NCBI GenBank assembly: GCA_907165135.1
Contig: OU015566.1
Location: 4,650,001-4,714,000 of the forward strand
Source of the DNA: Oikopleura dioica
Taxonomy: Eukaryota; Animalia; Chordata
DNA: 64,000 nucleotides
Reading direction: 5' to 3'
In this document: positions 56,139 to 64,000 of the stretch, one piece after another
How the letters are laid out: each line of letters opens with the position of its first letter
How positions within the stretch are numbered: position 1 is the first letter of the stretch
Notes under the pieces: model-generated
Databases searched by the model: none
Told to the model about the DNA's origin: nothing
Seen by the model: only the letters and a program-made list of their open reading frames with translations
Translations under genes and position numbers: made by a program

Positions 56139-58258
56139 ATGAAGGTAAGATTTATTATCGCAAGGCGAATGAAAAATTGATTTGTGAAAAAAAATTATTT
56201 TATTAATCGCAATTTTTACGAAAAAATCAGAAATTATGGACCCCCCCGTCAACAATTTTGGAAAAATCTATTTTCGGAAATTCAGAATTTTGACCCCGGA
56301 AATGGATTCTACAGGTCAAAAAACGATTTTGAGGCTTCAATTTTTGGGGGTCTATCTCGACTCTAAGACCCTCAAAATCGCGTTTGAAAATCGGACTTTT
56401 TGACGAAAAATGACGAAAAAGTCCCAATTTTGCTATAATTTGAGATTTTTACTGGTCAAAAAGTGCTCCGAACAAGTTTTTATGATGTATTGAACTTCCA
56501 GTTACACTAAGAAGCAAAAATATGGCTATTTTGAAATTTTCGATTTTTCGAGAAAAATTGTTGACGGGGGTCCTTAAAAACTCCCTAAGTGAACCATGTT
56601 TAAATTTTCATTAAGATTCTTGCGACAGCTCTTGGCACAGCCGCCACTGCCCAATCCTTGGATGATCGAGGTTCGGTCACTGCTTGGGTCGCGATCGAAG
56701 ATGCCTACAGCAGTCTCTACGACGCGATTTTGAGCGCGTACTCGGGTACAAACATTGGTTCCAGGAAGGCCAATCGTTTTCGTGATTTCTACAACAAAGT
56801 GAACAATTTTCCTTCCCGAGTTTCCGATTCCTGCGCCAATTTCGCTGGCTCTGGCGATCCAAACGCTTTCGTCTTTCCACACTACGACGAGAACGACATC
56901 TGTCACTCCCTCAACAATCTCATTGCATCTATCATGAGCTTTCACGATGCGTTTGTGTGCATGGACGGTCTCAGCGGATATGCTCCGCAAAGAATGATCC
57001 ATCTCATTCATCGCCAGCGCTCGATGCTCTTCAATAGAAAATTCAAGCAGCTCAATTGCGATCTTCCTCTCGCACCCACCCCTGCTCCTTGCGAATCCGA
57101 TCCTTGTGACGGCCTCGAAAACTGCGAAACTTTCATCAACGGCTGCACCTTCTTCCCCGTCCGAAACAATCTTGTTTCCACTGTCCAATCGGCACTCGAC
57201 TACAAGTTCTCTGCTGAAGTACTTTGCAACGCGGAGCCTAATGGAAGCTTCTACAATCTTTTCCACGTCACACGAGGTGGAGATTATGGAGAAGTTGGCG
57301 ATCGAACATTCGCTCTTTGGCAAAACTTCTTTGGCGGCCTCCAATTGAGTGTCAACGATGCTGACAGCAGCTATGGTCAAAGATTAGACGCTTTCTCTTG
57401 CAGCTATGGCGAATGGGAAACGTACTCGGTGGAAGTGAGACAGATTTCCGGAAGTGGAGATGTTGAGTACGTTACGAAAATTGGAGATACGACACTTCAC
57501 TCGTCGCGGTACAGCGCTTCCGCGCTTCCAGCTGGTTTGGATCTCCAAGTCTTCGTCGCCAGTGACTTCAACAATGCCGCCACTAACTACGGCCTCCGCA
57601 ATTTCTACTACCAGACTTTCGATCCCTGCGCAACCAGAACCGATCCATGCACCGATCTCGCCAGCTGCACCACAGTTGTCGATAGCTGCGAATTCAACCC
57701 AGTCGACAATGTTGCGAAGACCGTCGTTAGCGCTGCTGCGAATTACAAGGTTTCCGCCGACATTTTGTGCCCTGATAGAAACGCATGGACTAACATGGTT
57801 CATCTCACCAGCGATCCAGGCGCATTCGACGACACAAGCTATGCTGGAAATCGACAATTTACGGTGAAAAAATCGCCAGATGCTGGATCCATGGAAGTCA
57901 GTTTCCACGACCCGAATTGGACGAACAAGAGGTATTACTTCAGGCAACTATGCACTGTTGGCGAATGGAATACATACTCGCTGGAAGTGAATCAAGTCGA
58001 AGGTGATCCATCGACGCTGCGTTGGATTTTCAGATTTGACGGCACACAGAGCAGGGTTCTCGATAAAGCAAAGCTCTTGATTGAGTCAATCGAGGATTGA
58101 TTAAGCACGTTAATTATTCGTCGAAAACCCTGATAAAGATAAGGACGGGCACAAACACCCTCAGCGGAGCGTACACAAGCGGCGATCTCAACGCTTTTGT
58201 TTACGATCTCCTACCGAACTCTGTTCGAAACTTCTCCTACCAAACCTTCGACAATTGA
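56139..58258 (+). CDS. Secreted 521-aa protein with two tandem beta-sandwich (ConA/LamG-like lectin candidate) domains: join(56139..56144,56616..58055,58139..58258)
   Basis: Signal MKILATALGTAATA and linker PLAPTPAPC. The two repeats each end RNF.YQTFD. GT-AG introns in frame. Confidence 0.78.
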
Positions 58259-58999
58259 AGATCCAGCCGTCGACCGGTCAAACTTCTGACCAACCGCGAT
58301 CTCAGCGCGATCGTCTCTCATAAAATTTTTTGTGCTGTTCCCTTGTTTCGGAGTTTTCAATTTCTGAATTTGAAAAAAGATCAAATTCTTGAAAATTCTT
58401 TCTCCTGTTTTCTCTTTAAATCAAAATATAATCTCTGTTTTATCAATTTCTCAAAAAGTGACACCCTTAAGTTTTTTTATTCGAGAGATAATTTAAGTTG
58501 ATCTCCTTCTTTTCGACCAAATTTTTGTATAAAATTATTCTTTAAAATGGCTGAAAATGCTAAAAAAAACCTTAAGGGTGTCACTGTGAAAACTCAAAAA
58601 CGGAGTAATCTCGTCGTTTTTTAATTTAAAAAAAAAAGTTCTCTGCTTCATTTATCTTATAATCAATACATTTAAACCTTAAGGCTAGGGTGGTCGATTT
58701 GGCCCAAAGCAGGGCTCATAAACTCTGGACTTGTGAATGCCAGAGTACCCCATAATAGCTTTAAATAGAGATCCATCCTAGATCTTATGAACTTATGAAG
58801 GAATTTTTTTATTCTTTATCAAGTATTCCAAAATTTCAAGGCATTTTATTTCATAAATCTGGTTTAATCAATCAGTTCCATCTATACATTTCTCCGCAGC
58901 AAATAATAATAATCCATCTCATCTCTTCTGATCCACTCTTAGACGAGCAGCCATTATCGCTCCCGACCTCCTTTTTCGTTTCAATCTGAGAAATGAAAG

Positions 59000-59266
59000 A
59001 TGAGAGACACGCTCCTTTCGAACGAAAATCTTTTTCTGCTCCAGAATTTTACTTTTGCACTGATTTTAGCCACGGTTTCAATTACGGTATCAAAATTTCT
59101 GTTAAAAAAATACTTGCGAAGCCGGGAAAGCAATCTTTTTCTGCGTCTTTATGCTGATGAACTACCTAAGAATGACAGTAAGCGACGTCTTGAAATTTCT
59201 TCTCGAAATCGCGCGGATCAGCCGTCAAAAGACATTTCTTGCAAGTTCACTTCAGCCACGTTATGA
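59000..59266 (+). CDS. Possible small single-TM protein
   Basis: ATG-started 88-aa ORF with FTFALILATVSITVSKFLL. No family recognised. Confidence 0.25.
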   Translation: MRDTLLSNENLFLLQNFTFALILATVSITVSKFLLKKYLRSRESNLFLRLYADELPKNDSKRRLEISSRNRADQPSKDISCKFTSATL

Positions 59267-59369
59267 GCTCATTTTCTGAGAATAAAGAAATGGATCGATA
59301 ACCAATTTATTAAAACACAAGTTGAGGTAAGAATGGAAACAGCTCAAACAATAAATAAACATTCAAACT

Positions 59370-62260
59370 TTACACATAAACAAATCTTGAGTCCGGCTGG
59401 GGACTGCTCGTGACCGGCTGAACTGGCTCAAACGATTCCGCTCTAGAATCTCCAGCCAGAGAAGATTTTTCTTCAATCAAATTCGATTTTATACAGCTTG
59501 AAGAAGTTGTCGTTGAATTATCCGACTTCCAGCTCCAGTTTTTGATCGTTTTCGCTAAAAATGGAATTTGAGAGATTCTCTTCCTTGATTTCAATTCGCT
59601 TACAATTAGCGATCCAGACGAGTGGGGCAAGACCAGGCGCTAGAACCACAAAATACTTGAAAATTATCAGTCCAGTCGAAGCAGGCTCGATTTCTGACTT
59701 TTCCATTGGGCAAGGGACGATTAGTTCCATGCAGTTGTCTTCGTAAAACTTCTTTTCCCAGGATCGTTGATGATCTGCTTCGTAGAACTTTAACAGAAGC
59801 TGGATGAAACTCGGGATGAGAATGGACAACGAAAAGACCGTCAATCGCAAGACGAAGATTTGAAGCTTCTTGTTCGAATTTTTGTCGATTTTGATTGTGT
59901 CTTTTACTTTTCTTAGAGCACAGAGGCCGATCGCGAATGCGAGGGTTCCAAAGATAGAGCAGAAGGCAAGAGGGAGGAAGGTCATGGTCCAGCGGGAGAA
60001 ATCAGAGTTGGAGAGAACGCAGATTTCGAGAAAGGGATCCCCCTGGATCTATGAAGAAAAATTGAATAATAAGCCGGTGATACAATTTTTACCTCGTGTT
60101 TTGAGACGCCAACCATGGTAAAAAGCGCTGGAAGTCCCCAACCAAACACATGCAACAGCGTACTGCTCGTAGCAATCGCCTCAGAAGACCACTGAAAGAC
60201 CGAAGAAAGACCCCATGACATCGTCAAGGAAAACCACCAACAAAGAGCGGCCACTAAAAAAAGCTCATTAGCCAGAGTTTGAGATGGAATGATGACGTTT
60301 GTGAATTTTGGTAAATTTTTATTTGTTTGACGTCGCTGGATTGTCAAAATACTGTCAATATCTGTTACTACGCCGTTTTTGAAAGAGAAATTTTTGATGA
60401 AATTTTTGCTGAATACAAAATTCTGAAAGAAAAACTATTTTTTTTTTGTTTCGAAAATAGGCTTTTCGCGCGTTGCCAAAATTGAAGTGCACTTTTGCGC
60501 CATCAAGTGTGTAAAGCCAGTCTTTGGCGAAGTGCCCTTGAGATTGTTGAGAGTGGCCTCTCTTTTTTTGCAAAATTGATATTTTCGTGGCTTATAAAAT
60601 TCCGTCCGCGCGCCAAGTCAAGATGATATTTTGGGAAAAAGAAAAGAAGAAAACAAGCACTTACTGGAAAAGTAGAAGAAAAGCATGAACATGATGGTGC
60701 AGGGCCGATGGGTGGATCCTTGAATTAGTCCTGTTCCTTGGACAATCGTCTTTTTCAAGGTTGAAAATTCTATATTTTCGGGATCGTTTGAGAAAAAAAT
60801 TTCAAAAAAATGACCCGAAATTATGAGATTTTGGTGAAAATCGACTATTTTCGGTCAAAAATTGGTTCAGAAATTTTTGAACCAATCAGATTTTCGCATT
60901 GAGCGGCTAGGCAAATCAGATTTAAAAAAAAAATTCTCGAAATTTTAGTCAAAATATCGGCCGAAAATTGTCGAATCTTGCCGAAAGCCCAATTTTTCGG
61001 ATTATTTTTCGAAATTTTTCCCTTCTAGAAATTTCCATTTTCAACCCTTCCTGATCCTCATTGACTTCCCTTTCCGAGCAAACGATGCTCTCCGGCGAAA
61101 CCAATCCGACAACACATATCAGCGAAATCACCAAATAGCACATCGCAAAAAAACAGCGTCGGCCGCTCTGGATATTGAAATCGTTTCTCATCTCGCGAAA
61201 ACACAAAGATCGAGAAGCCGGAAACCACTGCTGTCAAGCTGGCGAAAAGACCAACGACGATTCTGATCAGCTTCGTTTCTTTTTCGCTCTTGTTCATTGG
61301 CTCGCAAGGTTGAGAGCAGCTTGGAAGATCCATGAAGCTCCAGGAGGAGTATTTAGCCCGCTGAGTTGTCGGACATTGAGGCTGATGCTCGACAAGAGAG
61401 GATGAGTCATCGTTGTTCCAGCTCAGCGTTCCGTCTGGAAGAGGGAGGGATTCGGACTGGAGGGGAATGCAACTGTGCCCGTCGTTTTCTCGCGGGAAAT
61501 TGAGGCAGTGGAATTGTGGAGGGAGGAAAATGTCGAATTCCTCAAGGATGGAAGCGCAGTCGGACAGGGATTTTTCGCAAAGTTCTCGGCATGGAGGAAC
61601 GGGGATGAGAAACGGAAGCGTTCCTGAAATATTTTTTAAAGATTTTTTATTTTTAATAAAAAATTGTTATTTTTTTATAAAAAAAAATTATTACTTTTTA
61701 TAAAAAAAATATCTTATTTGTAAAAAATATCTATTTATTTAAAAAAAATTCTTTTAATGAAAAATAACTATTAATTATTTATAAAAAAATATTTATTTTT
61801 TCCTTCAAAAAGATCACCGAAAGCAAGAAAAATGAAGGAATTGCATCAAAAACGAAAAATCATCTTATCTCGAAAAATCAACAAACGATTAGTCTTAACA
61901 AGCCCGTAAAGCAAATTTCCTAAAATCTCCATATCACTCATTTCCAAATCCGGTTCCCACGGATTCGTTTTTTACCTGAAAGATTTTCGTCCACACAAGC
62001 AGGCGACAAAACGGAGCAAAGAAACAGGTTGATGTATTTTGAGCATTGCATCATTTTCAAAGGATAAAACTTGGCGAATGACTCGTTGGATTCTTCTGCT
62101 GACCATTCGCCCAAGAGATTTGGGTAGAAAGTCGAGTTGTAGGCCTGGAAATTGGAGCCGCATTGGGCGTGAATGGAGTTGATGCAGCGAGCGGATTCGG
62201 AGGAGTAGATCAGCAGAAAGAGAAGAAATAGCCTTAAAAGAGCGTCAGAATTCGAGCGAC
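59370..62260 (-). CDS. FZD: Divergent Frizzled receptor, multi-exon; first coding exon not located; 1-nt frameshift at 61147-61153
   Basis: CRD (TFYPNLLG..CSKYINLFLCS / PPCRELCE..C), RFQYPERP, WWFSLT.SW, LHVFGWGLP, FYE..R.W, IVPCP, KY, and the KTxxxW motif (SKTIKNW) after splicing. Confidence 0.9.
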
Positions 62261-62269
62261 ACTGGGAAA

Positions 62270-62428
62270 GTCGCTGAATGTCGCTGAATGTCGCCAAATG
62301 TCCCCGAATGTCGCTAAATGTCGCCGAATGTCGTTAAATATCGCGACATTTACCGACATTCGGGGACATTCGGCGACATTCGGCGACATTGAGCGACATT
62401 CGGCGACATTTAGCGACATTTGGCGATT
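62270..62428. repeat. Palindrome of 10-bp TGTCGCCGAA units; the same unit occurs at ~16630-16680 and ~16965-16985
   Basis: About 7 forward units followed by about 8 reverse units. Confidence 0.8.
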
Positions 62429-62808
62429 TTAGGCGATTTTCCCAAAGACGCCCTAGAATTTAATCTTATAGAAATTAGTTTTGGTGATGAACGAAAAAGT
62501 TTGTTACTTGACTTTTTCGGCCAGCCTGTTCAAACATTCAAATATTTTCTTTGCCCCATCAAGTTGCCCCTCTTGCCCGGGCGGGTCATGGGTTAGTTAT
62601 TCTGACTGGCGAAACGTTCTATTGTTCAATGTCTTCGGATGTGTTTCTAAGGAGCGATGGGATTCACGGTCACTTGGCCAAAGATCCGCTGCTGAATTAA
62701 CTCAACTCAAAGTTAATCAAACAGAAATAAAACAACCACCGTTTTATGATCTTCAAAAGACTCTCGATTATCGTTCCCAGGGCTAGGGTTCGGCAACCTG
62801 TGAAGAAG

Positions 62809-63144
62809 ACCTGAGTCAGGAATCTGAGTTTTTAATGTTTTCTTAGGATCCTGGCTCAGGTTTTCATAAGACAAAATATGCCCGGAAACCTGAGTCATGG
62901 TTCTGAGTTTTTAATTACTCTTTAGGACCCTGACTCAGGTTTTCAGAAGCGAAAATCAACCCTGATCACGGACCTGTGTAAAATCCTGAGTCAGGGTCAT
63001 GAGTTTCTAGTGTTCTTTAAGGACCCTGACTCAGGTTTTCTGAGAACGAAATTAACCCTTGTTTTGACTCAAAAACCTGTGAAAAAACCTGCGTCAGGGT
63101 CCTGAGTCTTTTTTGTCAAAGCTTTTTCAGGACCCTGACTCAGG
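62809..63144. repeat. Array of CCTGAGTCAGG/CCTGACTCAGG motifs
   Basis: About 9 degenerate copies, mostly paired about 40 bp apart. Confidence 0.65.
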
Positions 63145-63669
63145 TGACCTACACACGTTTCTTTCGTATCGGGTCATTCTTATGTAATTATGAGCTTTTA
63201 ATGAAGATAATCCTGAAAAAAAAGCGGCGATGATTGTTTACCAAATTCGAAAATAATCTGCGGCCGGTTGGTGTCAACTCATCAAAGGGAAAACACCGCG
63301 CGTCAATCAAGTTTCTAAAATTTTCGCCAAAACAGTGCCAACTCGGATTATGCCGCATTTGTGGATCATCGCTCCTCCAAGAATAAATAAATCCGCTTTT
63401 AAATAATAACTCCAGTCAACAAAATCGCAAAACCAGCGCTCAGTTTCTTCAAAATGACAGTAATGGACGAAATTAAGCTCCAGTATAATTTCGAGAGCTT
63501 GTTGCATAAATCGCAGCCAGGAAAAAAGTCGGGTCCGAAAATGTTAATTTCCTGGCTCATACAACTCAAAAGGTCAAACCCAGCCGATGGGAAGTTTTGA
63601 CAGCGGGCGAATTTCGCGTTCGAAATTGGACATTTTCCAAAAAAGAATTTTCAATATTTTTTTAATTAA

Positions 63670-63985
63670 AATTTTTTTCACTTCCACATGCTTGAATTCA
63701 ATCTTAGTATTTTGAATTGTCGGATCAATTTTTCGAAGGTTACCCCCTTAAGACCATCATCGCCCACTTTTGAGAATAAGGGTCTGACTGTATAAAACAT
63801 ACAGTATCATATGTCACATATGATACTGTATTTCACATATGCTACCGTATGTTTTATACAGTCAGACATTTATTTTCAAGAATCGGCGATGATGGTCTTA
63901 AGGGGGTAACGTTCGATAAAACGATCCGACAAATTGAAATACCAAGATTCAATTCAAACATGTGGAAGTGGTAAAAAATTCGCAT
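63670..63985. mobile_element. Palindromic structure with an inner 146-bp TTAA-flanked element (63752-63897)
   Basis: TTAA|GACCATCATCGCC ... GGCGATGATGGTC|TTAA. The outer flanks are also mutual reverse complements. Confidence 0.7.
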
Positions 63986-64000
63986 CAAAGCGGAAATTTC

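Noticed and set aside
56574-57947. 268-aa and 187-aa minus-strand ORFs
   Set aside because: Antisense to the well-supported spliced plus-strand gene.
62261-62297. Frizzled start MATFSDIQ in the ORF track
   Set aside because: It derives from the 10-bp repeat with a non-ATG codon. An acceptor TTTCCCAG precedes the signal-peptide exon, so the true first exon is upstream.

Overview
Eukaryotic, AT-rich, transposon-dense genomic DNA with many 40-50 nt introns and several non-canonical GA-AG introns. This pattern points to an appendicularian tunicate such as Oikopleura (inference). (1) 1-8314 is the right arm of an endogenous Polinton/Maverick (polintovirus), all genes on the minus strand: major capsid protein, adenain-like protease, small basic protein, penton, integrase, packaging ATPase and two zinc-ribbon/RING E3 ligases. 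It ends in an AGTAGT terminus and appears to be inserted in an intron of host RNF121. The main discovery is that the element carries spliceosomal GT-AG introns. The capsid gene is split by 45-nt and 42-nt introns, and one RING domain is split by a 163-nt intron. The ORF track therefore shows these genes only as fragments. (2) 9-32 kb is nested non-autonomous DNA transposons (TTAA-flanked Kolobok-like, hAT, Tc1-like, fold-back), mixed with intron-retaining fragments of PRMT1, La/SSB, an FG-nucleoporin and SCYL1. (3) 32-64 kb holds spliced host genes: a WSCD-like sulfotransferase, an O-fucosyltransferase, a NOXO1/p47phox-like gene, a 1776-aa Cys-rich oikosin-like protein, a Gln/Glu-repeat secreted protein and a GPI-mucin that the ORF track misses, a lectin-like protein and a Frizzled. 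It also holds a hAT-in-hAT composite carrying a 55-bp hairpin satellite. Several single-base frameshifts sit in homopolymers and may be consensus errors. No rRNA, tRNA or CRISPR was found. Family assignments come from motif recognition, not database searches.
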